Shown: positions 39,450-49,581 of the stretch, piece after piece | Layout: every line of letters begins with the position of its first letter | Numbering within the stretch: position 1 is the stretch's first letter | Source: a bacterium | Lineage (GTDB): Bacteria; UBA8248 | Assembly: GCA_963692865.2 (NCBI GenBank) | Contig: OY843592.1 | Coordinates: 3,168,001-3,232,000, forward strand | Direction: 5' to 3' | Length of the DNA stretch: 64,000 nt | Made by a program: the position numbers and the translations under genes | Notes under the pieces: generated by a model | Database searches by the model: none | Seen by the model: only the letters and a program-made list of their open reading frames with translations | What the model was told of the DNA's origin: nothing

Positions 39450-41675
39450 ATGGATACGACACCGGACGGCAGACACGGCAAGAGGGAAACCTGGGTACGC
39501 GAATGGGTGGGTTGGAGTGAACTCACTCCCGCCGGGAACGTTGAAGCAGGGGCGTGGGGCACATGGAAGATCACTTACCACGTCGGCAGATACGGCGTGG
39601 ACGATGGCGGGACTATCGTCCTTTCTCGCCGTTTCGCCAGTGATTGGGCCAAGCCGCAAACTGACGCACCCGGTGAACCTCACTATGCGAGTGTGAAAAC
39701 GAGTGGAAGCGCCTCCCTGAGGGTAAGATGGGACCCGAAATCGAACATCAGGCCCTGGCAGCAAGGTCTGGCCATTGATGTATTCGATAGCTATCTGGCG
39801 GAAGGCGATACGGTGACCATCGTTCTAGGAGACAAGAGCGGAGGCAGCGTGGGAACACGCGCCCAGACTTTTTGCGAGAAAAACTTCCGCTTCCGGCTCT
39901 TCGTCGATTGCTTCGGCTCGAATCGGTTTATCGAAGCGGCTGATACGCCAGCCTTCTCAATCGTACCGGGAAAACCGGCCCGTCTCGTCATCCATGGCGC
40001 GACGGAACAAGCCCCAATCGAGACGTCCTGGATGCAGGTAAAACTAGAAGACATATGGGGAAATCCATGTCACGGCTTAGATGCGGAAGTCTCTCTCGCC
40101 GCCGAAGGAGCTATCTGCGAAGGATTGCCCGCCGTCGTACGGTTCAAAAATGACGAACCCGCCGTCCTTCGAATTGAGAACCTACAATGGGAGCCGGGCA
40201 AATGGGGACGCATACAGGGCGACGCCGGAGCCGGCATCCCTCCGGCATACAGCAATTACGTGTACGCCATGGAGAAAACCCATCAATGGCGTCCATTCTG
40301 GGGCGACCTCCATGGTCAAAGCGAAGAAACGGTAGGCACAAATACCGTGGATGATTATTTCGCATTCGCCTGCGACATGGCCGGGGCGCAATTCTCCTGC
40401 CATCAGGGAAACGATTTCCAGGTTACGAAAGATACCTGGAGCGCCATTCGAGCGGCCACGAAGAAATACAACCAGCCGGGCCGCTTCGTCACGTTCCTGG
40501 GCGTCGAATGGTCCGCCGTGACGGGCATGGGCGGGGACAGGAACGTCATGTATCTCGGCGACGATGGCCCTTTGCACCGAACGAGTCACTGGCAACTGGA
40601 TGACTGGACCGACCAGGAAACGGACAAATACCCTCTTGATGCCCTATACGATGCTATGGGAGGACGCAGAGATGTCATTCTGATTCCCCACATCGGCGGT
40701 AGGCGGGCGAGTTTGGAATATCACCACCCAAAACTCGAACGCGTCATGGAGATATATTCTTCTTGGGGACGATTCGAATGGTTCGTTGAGGAAGCCCTGG
40801 ATAAGGGCTGGCGCGTTGGCATCACGGCTGGAAGTGATGGGCACAAGGGGCGTCCCGGAGCCAGCTATCCGGGTGCCGCCATTTTCGGCGTTTATGGCGG
40901 CTATGCCTGCATCTATGCGGAAGAGCTCACGCGTGAGAGCCTTTGGGAAGCGATTCAGGCCAGGCGCGTCTATGCAACCACGGGGAAGAAAATTCACCTT
41001 TCCTTCTCGGCTGGAGACCATTTCATGGGCGAGGAATTTGAAGCCACCGAACCCCCGGTGTTCAATGTCCGAGCCATGGGTGAATGCGGTATCGAGTCGA
41101 TAGAATTGAAGCGCGCCTCGCAAACCATTTTCTCTTACCGCCCGAAAGATGCGACCGCCCAAAATTCAGACTGGTTCCGAGTCTCCTGGAGCGGCGCTCG
41201 CATACACCAGCGCAACCGTCAAACCCACTGGCGAGGCGGCTTAAAAGTGGATAAAGGAAAAATCGAGGAGCCCAGAAACTGGCAAGTGGATAACCTCGAA
41301 GAAGGCATACAGTCGGTCGATGAGCGGAGCATCCGGTGGTTGAGCCGCACGACCGGGGATGCAGACGGCGTCGAGTTCCGCCTTTCTAACGTAGAGGACG
41401 CAACGCTATCCTTTGAAACCGAAGTCGTTTCTTTTGAGGTGAAACTCGATGACATCGGAGCCCTTCCGTATGTGGTGGAAGCAGGCGGTGTGCGCCAACA
41501 GGTGGAAGTCCAGCGCATCAGCCCAAAGCAAGGGAATCCGTACGCAAGCGTCAGTTTCGATGTAGACGAAAGCGATTTTCATGACGGCTGGAACCCTTAT
41601 TTCGTCAGGTTGATGCAAGAAGACGGGGCATTTGCCTGGAGCAGCCCAATTTTTGTGAAAAAGGTGAAAAAATGA
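39450..41675 (+). CDS. DUF3604 / PHP-like metallohydrolase domain protein
   Basis: WGDLHGQSEET.G, HQGNDFQ, G.EWS, PH.GGR, SDGHKGRPG, AWSSPI. Confidence 0.8.
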   Translation: MDTTPDGRHGKRETWVREWVGWSELTPAGNVEAGAWGTWKITYHVGRYGVDDGGTIVLSRRFASDWAKPQTDAPGEPHYASVKTSGSASLRVRWDPKSNIRPWQQGLAIDVFDSYLAEGDTVTIVLGDKSGGSVGTRAQTFCEKNFRFRLFVDCFGSNRFIEAADTPAFSIVPGKPARLVIHGATEQAPIETSWMQVKLEDIWGNPCHGLDAEVSLAAEGAICEGLPAVVRFKNDEPAVLRIENLQWEPGKWGRIQGDAGAGIPPAYSNYVYAMEKTHQWRPFWGDLHGQSEETVGTNTVDDYFAFACDMAGAQFSCHQGNDFQVTKDTWSAIRAATKKYNQPGRFVTFLGVEWSAVTGMGGDRNVMYLGDDGPLHRTSHWQLDDWTDQETDKYPLDALYDAMGGRRDVILIPHIGGRRASLEYHHPKLERVMEIYSSWGRFEWFVEEALDKGWRVGITAGSDGHKGRPGASYPGAAIFGVYGGYACIYAEELTRESLWEAIQARRVYATTGKKIHLSFSAGDHFMGEEFEATEPPVFNVRAMGECGIESIELKRASQTIFSYRPKDATAQNSDWFRVSWSGARIHQRNRQTHWRGGLKVDKGKIEEPRNWQVDNLEEGIQSVDERSIRWLSRTTGDADGVEFRLSNVEDATLSFETEVVSFEVKLDDIGALPYVVEAGGVRQQVEVQRISPKQGNPYASVSFDVDESDFHDGWNPYFVRLMQEDGAFAWSSPIFVKKVKK

Positions 41676-42397
41676 CAGCTTACAAACTACCCGCTCTCGA
41701 TGAAAATTGGCAGCGGGCGCTGGCCATAGTGGCGCATCCTGACGACATGGAATTCGGCGCTTCGGGCGCAGTCGCAAGATGGACGGCACAGGGCAAGGAA
41801 ATCTCATACATCCTGATGACTAGCGGAGAGGCGGGCATCGACGGCATGTCGCCGGAAGAGGCGGGACCAGCGAGAGAAGAGGAAGAAATAAAAAGCGCCG
41901 CCATCGTCGGAGTGCAACAGGTGGAATTCCTGGGTTATACGGATGGGATCATCGAGTACAATCTGGATTTAAGACGCGACCTCGCGCGAAAAATCAGGGC
42001 ATACCGCCCTGAAATCGTAATCACCCTCTCTCACCATCTTACCTGGCCGGGTGGCCCCCTGAACATGGCGGATCATCGCTGGCTCGCTTATGGCGTGATG
42101 GATGCGAGCCGCGATGCCGGAAACCGCTGGATTTTCCCCGAACTGCTGAACGAGGGGCTGGAACCATGGATGGGCGTGCGCACGGTATTGCTCAGCGGCT
42201 CCCCGGAACCTACGCATGCCGTTGACGTCACGGAGCACCTCGAGCAAGGAATCGCATCCTTACAAGCCCATAAACTCTACATCGACAATCTCGCCCAAGG
42301 GTTCGACCCCGTTGGTTTCCTGACGCAAGGGGCCGTTGAAACGGGCAAACGCGCCGGATTTCAATATGCGGTATCGTTCGAAGCAATCTCGATATGA
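41672..42397 (+). CDS. PIG-L family deacetylase
   Basis: AHPDDME, TSGEAG, ADHR; ATGA overlap with the upstream gene. Confidence 0.9.
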   Translation: MTAYKLPALDENWQRALAIVAHPDDMEFGASGAVARWTAQGKEISYILMTSGEAGIDGMSPEEAGPAREEEEIKSAAIVGVQQVEFLGYTDGIIEYNLDLRRDLARKIRAYRPEIVITLSHHLTWPGGPLNMADHRWLAYGVMDASRDAGNRWIFPELLNEGLEPWMGVRTVLLSGSPEPTHAVDVTEHLEQGIASLQAHKLYIDNLAQGFDPVGFLTQGAVETGKRAGFQYAVSFEAISI

Positions 42398-42516
42398 ATT
42401 TCTAAAAAAAAATCGCCGCTCAAGGCTATATCTTCTAAAGCGAATTGGGTAGTATTCGCCTGCGGTTGGGCTGTACGCCACTATCTTATTGATTCATTCA
42501 TCTAACGAGGAAATGA

Positions 42517-43461
42517 ATGCTTGACGACGCAACAAAACAGGAGTTAAGGGAAAAACACTACAACGCGACAGTCGTGGATATCGTCTGGCAGCATGAGATG
42601 CTCGCATGTTTTCGCGTAAAACCCGATTTCGATTTTCCCGAATACAAATCGGGGCAATATACGACGCTGGGCCTCGGCAACTGGGAGCCCCGCCACAAGG
42701 GCGCCGTCAAAGAGAAAGAACTCGACGAGAAGAGAATCAGGCGATTGGGCAGACGCGCCTATTCCGTTTCTCACCCGGTGGTCAACGGAGCGGGAGCACT
42801 ATATCCGCCGAAAGACCTGGATTTTCTGGAATTCTACATCGTTATGGTCATCGGCGAGGAAGGAGAACCCGCGCCTTTGCTCACCCCGAGGCTCTTTCTC
42901 TTGAAACCCGGGGACCGCATTCACATGGGCCAAAAATTTACCGGCGAATACACACTCGAGTGCATGAACGATATTCGGGATAGCGACAATTCTCTTGTCG
43001 TCTTCGCCGGCACCGGAACCGGAGAAGGACCACACAACCATATGATCTGGGAGCTTCTACGCTCGGGCTACAAAGGTCAGATCGCCAGCATCAACGTCGT
43101 GCGTTACAAGAACGACCTTGCATACGAACCCCTCTACAGAGAACTCGAGAAGAAATATCCCCAACTCTCGTATCACGCACTCACCACGCGCGAGGCGGAT
43201 ACCGTCAACAACAAAGTATACGTGCAGGATTATCTGGCTACGGGCATGTTCGAGGAAAACCTCGGCCGCAAGATGGACCCCGCGAACACGCACCTGTTCC
43301 TGTGCGGAAACCCCGCCATGATCGGCATCCCCAAGGTTCGCGAGGGCGAAAAGATATGGCCCGAAGGCGCTCCGGGCGTCATCCAGATTATGGAAGATCG
43401 CGGCTTCACTATGGACTACGGACGAACGAAAGGAAATATTCATTACGAGAAATACTGGTAA
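42517..43461 (+). CDS. fpr: Ferredoxin--NADP+ reductase
   Basis: GQYTTLGL, RAYS, GTGTG, LCGNPAMI, C-terminal EKYW. Confidence 0.85.
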   Translation: MLDDATKQELREKHYNATVVDIVWQHEMLACFRVKPDFDFPEYKSGQYTTLGLGNWEPRHKGAVKEKELDEKRIRRLGRRAYSVSHPVVNGAGALYPPKDLDFLEFYIVMVIGEEGEPAPLLTPRLFLLKPGDRIHMGQKFTGEYTLECMNDIRDSDNSLVVFAGTGTGEGPHNHMIWELLRSGYKGQIASINVVRYKNDLAYEPLYRELEKKYPQLSYHALTTREADTVNNKVYVQDYLATGMFEENLGRKMDPANTHLFLCGNPAMIGIPKVREGEKIWPEGAPGVIQIMEDRGFTMDYGRTKGNIHYEKYW

Positions 43462-43517
43462 GACTTGCGTTTCATATATCACCTCGGCTCTCGTAGACGA
43501 AAACCCCTGGAGGCACC

Positions 43518-44297
43518 ATGCCCGATCTTATCCATGAAGCCGAGGGCGCACTCTCCATCCTGAAGTTCAACAGAAAAAACGTTCGCAACGCCATCAACGA
43601 AGAGATCATGCAGGGACTCTCAGATGCTTTGGAAAACCTAGAGGCATCTCACGAATTGAGAGCCGTTATCCTCACAGGCACGGGCGAGGAAGCGTTCTGC
43701 TCCGGGGGCGACTTGAAGTGGCTTCAGTCTTTTGAGTCCCGCGAACAGGGGATAGGCATGAGCAGGAGAATGCAGAAAATCCTGGGGCGTCTGTCCGCTT
43801 TGCCGGTACCCGTCATAGCCGTCTTGAACGGATACGCCCTCGGCGGTGGTACCGAAATCACCATGGCCTGCGACATGCGAATAATCGAAGATCACGCCTA
43901 CATGAGCTTCAAGCAAGCCCGCGTGGGTCTTATGACGGGCTGGGGAGGCGGGGGACGCCTTCTGCGCGCCATCGGCTATGGCCGCGCGATGGAACTGTTG
44001 ACGACATGTAAAGAGTTGCGCCCCGAAGATGCACTGAAGATGGGACTCGCCAATGCCGTAGTCGCCACAGGAGAGGGCCTTCGCTTCGCCAAAGCGATGG
44101 TAAAAGAAATTTCCAAAAGCGCTCCTGGGGCGATTCGTTCGTTGAAGGAATTACTCTTGTTCGGATTAGAAAATAGACTGGATAAAACGACTGATTTAGA
44201 ATCGTCGCTATTCGCGGATCTCTGGGTGTCAGAAGATCATGATGAGGCGGTAAAAGCGTTTTTTGAAAAGCGAAACCCCGTTTTCAAGGGGAGATAA
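43518..44297 (+). CDS. Enoyl-CoA hydratase/isomerase (crotonase) family protein
   Basis: AFCSGGDL, NGYALGGGTE, GWGGG, AFFEKRNP.F. Confidence 0.88.
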   Translation: MPDLIHEAEGALSILKFNRKNVRNAINEEIMQGLSDALENLEASHELRAVILTGTGEEAFCSGGDLKWLQSFESREQGIGMSRRMQKILGRLSALPVPVIAVLNGYALGGGTEITMACDMRIIEDHAYMSFKQARVGLMTGWGGGGRLLRAIGYGRAMELLTTCKELRPEDALKMGLANAVVATGEGLRFAKAMVKEISKSAPGAIRSLKELLLFGLENRLDKTTDLESSLFADLWVSEDHDEAVKAFFEKRNPVFKGR

Positions 44298-44304
44298 CTG
44301 CAAG

Positions 44305-45891
44305 ATGACAAGAGAACATCCACTAGTAAATACTCGTTCTGGTCTCGCCGTCGATAGCGCCTATGGCCCGGCAGATATGCCCCAAGACTACCGGCCGGGC
44401 AAACCAGGGGCCTATCCTCTCACACGAGGCATTCACCCCGAAATGTACAGAAAGCGCCTGTGGACGATGCGCCAGTATTCGGGTTTCGGAACCGCCGAAG
44501 AAACGAACCAGCGGTACCGCTTTCTGCTCGACGAGGGAAACACGGGGCTTTCCGTCGCTCTCGACTTGCCAACCCAACTAGGACTGGACAGTGATAATGA
44601 AAAATCAGCCGGCGAAGTCGGCAAAGTCGGCGTAGCCATCGATTCGCTGGCGGATATGGAAACTATATTTCAAGGCATCCCGCTTGATAAGATCAGCACG
44701 TCCTTCACCATCAACTCAACCGCCGCAATCCTCTACGCCATGTACGTCGCGGTCGGTAAGAAGCAAGGCGTTTCACCCACGCAACTTACAGGCACCATCC
44801 AGAACGACATCCTGAAAGAATACGTTTCCCGCGGCACTTGGATATTTCCACCTGACCCATCCCTGAGGCTGATTGTCGACACCGTTGAATATGGCGTGAA
44901 GAACACCCCGAGGTTCAACACCATCAGCGCAGCGGGCGCTCATTTCAGGGATGCCGGCGCAACCGCCGTACAGGAAGGTGGCCTTACGCTGGCGGACGCA
45001 ATCGTCTATGTGGAAAGATGCCTTGAGCGAGGGCTTGATATCGACGATTTCGCCCCCCGGCTCAGTTTTTATTTTTACACTCACATGGATTTTTTTGAAG
45101 AAATTGCCAAATACAGGGCCATGCGGACGCTTTGGGCCAAAATCATGCGAGATCGATTTGGCGCAAAAAACGAGAGAAGCCGGCTTTTCCGTTTCGGCGT
45201 CGTTTGCGGCGGCAGCACCCTCACCGCGCAAGAACCCGAAAACAACATTGTCAGAGTCACCTACGAGGCGCTGTCTGCGGTGCTCGGCGGTGCCCAAACC
45301 ATCTTCACTTGCGCTTACGACGAAGCCCTTGCGTTGCCGACCGAAGAAAGCGCCCTGCTCGCCCTGCGCACCCAGCAGATTATCGCCCATGAGAGCGGCG
45401 TGCCCGACGTGGCGGACCCCTTTGGCGGCTCATTTTACCTGGAAAATCTAACTGCCCGCATGGAAGACGAGATGGCGCGGATTATCGAAGACGTGGAAGA
45501 GCGCGGCGGCATGGTCGAGTGCATCCAGCGGGGCGTAGTGCAAAAGTGGATAGCGGAGAGCGCTTTCCGCTGGCAAAAAGCGGTGGATGTACAGGATCAG
45601 ACCATCGTCGGCGTCAATAAATACGTGAGGGAGGAACCTCCCTCTCAAGAGATATTCATGATTGACCCTGAAATTGAAGAACGCCAGAAGATACAACTGA
45701 AAAAACTGAAGAAAGAGCGAGACGCCCTGCGGGCGGAGCAATGCCTCGAACGACTGGAAGACGCCGCCCGGGGCGATGAGAACCTGATGGAGGCGATTTC
45801 CGAGGCTACGGAAGCCTATGCCACTATCGGAGAGATTACGGACGTGCTGCGCGGGGTTTTTGGAGAATTTCAGGAACCCGTGGCTTTCTGA
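44305..45891 (+). CDS. Acyl-CoA mutase large (substrate-binding) subunit, methylmalonyl-CoA mutase family
   Basis: YPLTRGI, WTMRQYSGFG, DLPTQLG.DSD, GTIQNDILKEY, ALRTQQIIAHESG; no fused B12-binding domain. Confidence 0.9.
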   Translation: MTREHPLVNTRSGLAVDSAYGPADMPQDYRPGKPGAYPLTRGIHPEMYRKRLWTMRQYSGFGTAEETNQRYRFLLDEGNTGLSVALDLPTQLGLDSDNEKSAGEVGKVGVAIDSLADMETIFQGIPLDKISTSFTINSTAAILYAMYVAVGKKQGVSPTQLTGTIQNDILKEYVSRGTWIFPPDPSLRLIVDTVEYGVKNTPRFNTISAAGAHFRDAGATAVQEGGLTLADAIVYVERCLERGLDIDDFAPRLSFYFYTHMDFFEEIAKYRAMRTLWAKIMRDRFGAKNERSRLFRFGVVCGGSTLTAQEPENNIVRVTYEALSAVLGGAQTIFTCAYDEALALPTEESALLALRTQQIIAHESGVPDVADPFGGSFYLENLTARMEDEMARIIEDVEERGGMVECIQRGVVQKWIAESAFRWQKAVDVQDQTIVGVNKYVREEPPSQEIFMIDPEIEERQKIQLKKLKKERDALRAEQCLERLEDAARGDENLMEAISEATEAYATIGEITDVLRGVFGEFQEPVAF

Positions 45892-46019
45892 TAAACCCCA
45901 CGCCGGAACGCCCTTGCTCATCCGGGTAAAACACGGAATAATCACTATCAAGAAAAAATATCCCAAAAATAAGAGTTCAGAATCCTACACGGCATATTCA
46001 TAGGAGGTGGCGACAAAAA

Positions 46020-47888
46020 ATGTGGACAGACGCAAAAAACGGGAACAACTCGGCAACGGATTACAAGTACAGAAGCGCTGCCGTTGCTCTGAATAGCGGA
46101 GACATATCAATCGAGGAAAAATCTTGCGAGGATTTAGAAGATTTTCTGGGCGGGATCGGCAGACTTTTCAAGATTCTCTCTCATTATGACGTATCTGACC
46201 CCTACGCCCCCTCCTCCCCTCTCGTCATGGAGCTCGGCTGCTTCTCGGGCACGAACCTGATGACGGGGCTGAGAACGTTCTTCGGCGGCTACAGTCCGCT
46301 CAAAAGCACGCTCGCCGGCGCGCCTTCCGCTATGTATTCGGCAGGCTCGGGCAAATTCGGAACCAAGGTCGCCTGCGCGGGCATTGATGAAATCATCTTT
46401 ACCGGCAGGAGTGAGAAGCCCATTACGCTGGTGATCAAGAGCGATACCCTCGGCGGCCCGGCAAGCCTGGAACTCGTGGACGCCTCATCCCTTCTGGGTA
46501 TGGATTCACACGAAAAAATGATGACGCTCGCCGACGAATACGACGATGCCCACTTCGCCGTCATCGGCCCGCCAGGGGAGAATTTTGAGACGAACCGCAT
46601 GGCGTCCATTGTCCTGAGCACGGAAAATCAACTCAAAACGAGGGAATGCAAACCGAGGTTCTGCGGGCGTGGCGGTTTCGGCGGCGTGATGGGTTCCAAG
46701 AACCTCATCGCCATCGTCGCGCAGGCGCCCGACGACAAGTCGGCCGTCACGAATGTCGTCAAAGAGGCGAACAAGGTCATCTCCCGGGGCGCCGGCTCCA
46801 AAAACTACCGAGACGCCCATAAGGCAGACGGTGGCGGCGGCACGTGGCGGAACATCGCGGGTCTCCACCCGATGGGCTGTCTGCCCGAGAGAAACTTCTG
46901 GGCGCCGGGGAACGATGACGCAGTTCAACTCTACCGCGGCAGCTTTGAAGAACCCTACGTCATCAAGGACGAATCCTGCTTCAAATGCGGTATCGCGTGT
47001 CACAAAAACATCTACGACAGGCCCGAGGGAGAAACGGCCGAGGGCAGAAAAGCGAAGAAAGGTAAATTCAGGGTCAAATTCGACTATGAGCCGCTCGACC
47101 TCATCACGGCGAACTGCGGTGTCTACGACGCGGAAGAATCGCTCGAACTCGTGGAGTTGGGCGATCGGATGGGTTATGACGCCATCAGCCTGGGCGCCAC
47201 CATCAGCTACGCCATGGAGTGGAACGAGCGGAACCCCGAAAAACCCGTTCTCGACGACATCCGCTTCGGCGACGCCAAAAAGATGGAAGAATTGATTCGA
47301 AAAGCAGCGGCGGGCGAGTGCGAGGAACTGGCCCAGGGCACCATGCGTCTGGCCCAGCAATGCGGCGACCTCTCCTTCGCCATGCAGGGCAAAGGTCTCG
47401 AATACCCGGCTTATCTGCCCGAAACCAACCCCGGCTATCCCTGGGCGCTGGCCGGCGGCCACATGAGCATGCGCACGTTCCTGCTCCTCATCCTGGATGG
47501 CCAGCAAACAGACATCGATTACTGGGAAAACGCCATCCTGAACGGCATCTACTATACGCGGGACGACCTCATCGGCACCTGTAAATTCGCGGGCGCGCCC
47601 AACGAGAACATCGTCGACAGCCTGAACGACATGTTCGACATGTCGTTGACCGAAGATGACGTGAACCAGGCGATTCGACGTTCTTACCTGAGAGGGCGTT
47701 TGCTGGAGAAAAAGGTGGGCTATACCGACGAGGAATACGACGTGCCCGCCCAAGTGTATGAGAGGGTGAACGAAAACGTCAAAATGCCCAGTTTCATCAC
47801 GCGCGAGTTCATGGATGAGCTCAAAAAACGAACCGAGGCGAATTGGGACAGGCTCACGGAAGAAGAAGGAATCGCCCTTCCCGCCTAA
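46020..47888 (+). CDS. Aldehyde:ferredoxin oxidoreductase family (W/Mo-pterin) protein
   Basis: FLGGIG, SPL, GRGGFGGVMGSKNL, CFKCGIAC, D..G.D.IS.G, KGLE.PAY, distal G.CKF cysteine. Confidence 0.88.
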   Translation: MWTDAKNGNNSATDYKYRSAAVALNSGDISIEEKSCEDLEDFLGGIGRLFKILSHYDVSDPYAPSSPLVMELGCFSGTNLMTGLRTFFGGYSPLKSTLAGAPSAMYSAGSGKFGTKVACAGIDEIIFTGRSEKPITLVIKSDTLGGPASLELVDASSLLGMDSHEKMMTLADEYDDAHFAVIGPPGENFETNRMASIVLSTENQLKTRECKPRFCGRGGFGGVMGSKNLIAIVAQAPDDKSAVTNVVKEANKVISRGAGSKNYRDAHKADGGGGTWRNIAGLHPMGCLPERNFWAPGNDDAVQLYRGSFEEPYVIKDESCFKCGIACHKNIYDRPEGETAEGRKAKKGKFRVKFDYEPLDLITANCGVYDAEESLELVELGDRMGYDAISLGATISYAMEWNERNPEKPVLDDIRFGDAKKMEELIRKAAAGECEELAQGTMRLAQQCGDLSFAMQGKGLEYPAYLPETNPGYPWALAGGHMSMRTFLLLILDGQQTDIDYWENAILNGIYYTRDDLIGTCKFAGAPNENIVDSLNDMFDMSLTEDDVNQAIRRSYLRGRLLEKKVGYTDEEYDVPAQVYERVNENVKMPSFITREFMDELKKRTEANWDRLTEEEGIALPA

Positions 47889-47907
47889 AGCATCTGCTCT
47901 AAATCAA

Positions 47908-47942
47908 AAACGCCCTCCAGCGGTGTTCCCTGGGGGGCGTTT
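47908..47942. terminator. Intrinsic terminator between convergent AOR and queE
   Basis: AAACGCCCTCCAG-loop-CTGGGGGGCGTTT. Confidence 0.7.
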
Positions 47943-47982
47943 CCTTGTCATCGGATACTATCGAATTCTCTGTTGCGTAAAG

Positions 47983-48687
47983 CTAGACCCCCCGCTTGTC
48001 ACCCCACAGCATGACGTGAAGCCGGGGGGTGAACCGAAAACCCCGCTCCATGGAAGCCTCCGCCAGGAAAAATAATCTGTGCTCCATCTGCTCGCGCGTA
48101 TTACCTCCAGGCGAGATGATGACGCGGCTCCGCGGGAAATTACAAAAGCCGTATTTTTCGAGAACAGCCTCGACTTCATCGAGTTCATCCGCCCGATGAA
48201 CCACGAATTTAAGATAGGGTTCTTTGGCTCGGCGCAGCCAGTCGAGAGTTTTGGGCTGTTTTTCCTCTGAAATCCGGGCCGATTTCAGCTTGGGCGAGAC
48301 GTTCCATTGATCCACCATTTCGAGGACTTCTTCAGACGGCTGAACATGGCCGGCCGTTTCCACCTCCACCCTCAGACCCGCATCATGGAGCGACTCGACA
48401 AGTGTCGGGAATTGCGGGGATTCGAGCGGCTCTCCCCCCGTCACCACCACCTGGGCGCCTTCGTGTTCCTCACAAAAATCAAGAATTTCAGGGATCGTTT
48501 TCTCCTCCGCCGGAGGCCCCGACCAGGAATACTTCGTATCGCACCAGGCGCAGCCCACCGAGCAGCCCATGAGGCGAACGAAGACGGACGGGCGGCCGAT
48601 GGTCGCGCCCTCACCTTGTAAAGAGAAAAAAAGCGGATCCGCAAGCGATACCCTGAAATCCGCTTTTTCCTTGATTTTTATCATCAC
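47983..48687 (-). CDS. queE: 7-carboxy-7-deazaguanine synthase (radical SAM)
   Basis: FFSLQGEG...G.PSVFVRL.GC...C.WCDT, TGGEP, VSPKL, PRLH..LWG. Confidence 0.9.
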   Translation of the reverse strand: MMIKIKEKADFRVSLADPLFFSLQGEGATIGRPSVFVRLMGCSVGCAWCDTKYSWSGPPAEEKTIPEILDFCEEHEGAQVVVTGGEPLESPQFPTLVESLHDAGLRVEVETAGHVQPSEEVLEMVDQWNVSPKLKSARISEEKQPKTLDWLRRAKEPYLKFVVHRADELDEVEAVLEKYGFCNFPRSRVIISPGGNTREQMEHRLFFLAEASMERGFRFTPRLHVMLWGDKRGV

Positions 48688-48762
48688 GCCAGACCCGCTT
48701 CTTCACCCATGGTCTGAGGCTCTCGACGCAAGGATCGAAAGCGTAATAACACCGATCCCCGA

Positions 48763-49044
48763 CTAGCCCAACGCCGCCGCTACGATCAGCCCGACGGCCA
48801 GGAAAATCGCGCCCACGACGATACCGACCGCCCTGTTTTGGTCTTTCGACAGCGCATCGTTCACCGAGAATGGCGTGATCCACTCGAAAATCTTGTACCC
48901 GATCATCAACAACGCGATGCCGACCAAGCCATAGACAATCGAAAGGAAGAGACCCGTGCCAATCCCCATTTTAGGCATTCCCTGGGCGAGCGCCAGGGTT
49001 GGCGTCATCAGGCTCAAAGCGGTTGCAATCGCGAACTTTTTCAT
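48763..49044 (-). CDS. DUF350 small membrane protein
   Basis: YG..GI.L....KIFEWITP, N.AVGIV. Confidence 0.8.
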   Translation of the reverse strand: MKKFAIATALSLMTPTLALAQGMPKMGIGTGLFLSIVYGLVGIALLMIGYKIFEWITPFSVNDALSKDQNRAVGIVVGAIFLAVGLIVAAALG

Positions 49045-49075
49045 GTGGCAAACTCCTTGTCGAGTGAAAGAAAAT

Positions 49076-49504
49076 TCAACGTCGAGACATCATTCTCATA
49101 ATGAAAATCAGGATGATGGGGAAGAGAAGCATCCGCCCCAAGCCGAGAAGGCCGAACCCGCCGAATCCCCAACCCCCCAGCATTCCCAAACCCATCCCCA
49201 TGCCGAAACCGCCCAATCCGCGCCGGCCCGCGAACCCCCGGCTGTAGCCCCGGCCATAGCTTCGTCTGGAGAAAGAGCGCGCCCCGAAAGAACGCATGCG
49301 CCCGAAGCCGCCGAACGAACGGCCCCCGCCGAAGCGTCTGGCTTCCGCGATGGATGGATGAAGCACGGCGGCGGTGATGGCGGAGACTCCTATGGCGCCG
49401 CGTGCGATGGGCGTCAACGACACGGGGGCAAGCGCAATGAATGCGCCCGCAACAACGACCGAGAGACAGTAAACGGGGCGAAACAAACACGGCGCTGTTT
49501 TCAA
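49076..49504 (-). CDS. Hypothetical Gly/Arg-rich membrane protein
   Basis: AEARRFGGGRSFGG motif after a hydrophobic N-terminus, Gly-rich stretch and C-terminal TM; abuts the DUF350 RBS. Confidence 0.55.
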   Translation of the reverse strand: MKTAPCLFRPVYCLSVVVAGAFIALAPVSLTPIARGAIGVSAITAAVLHPSIAEARRFGGGRSFGGFGRMRSFGARSFSRRSYGRGYSRGFAGRRGLGGFGMGMGLGMLGGWGFGGFGLLGLGRMLLFPIILIFIMRMMSRR

Positions 49505-49581
49505 TGCGGCCTCGCGTAAGGGGCGATCAAATCAACGGCAGTAGCCTAGCAGGGCATGCCCGATTTCTCAATCATTCGTTC

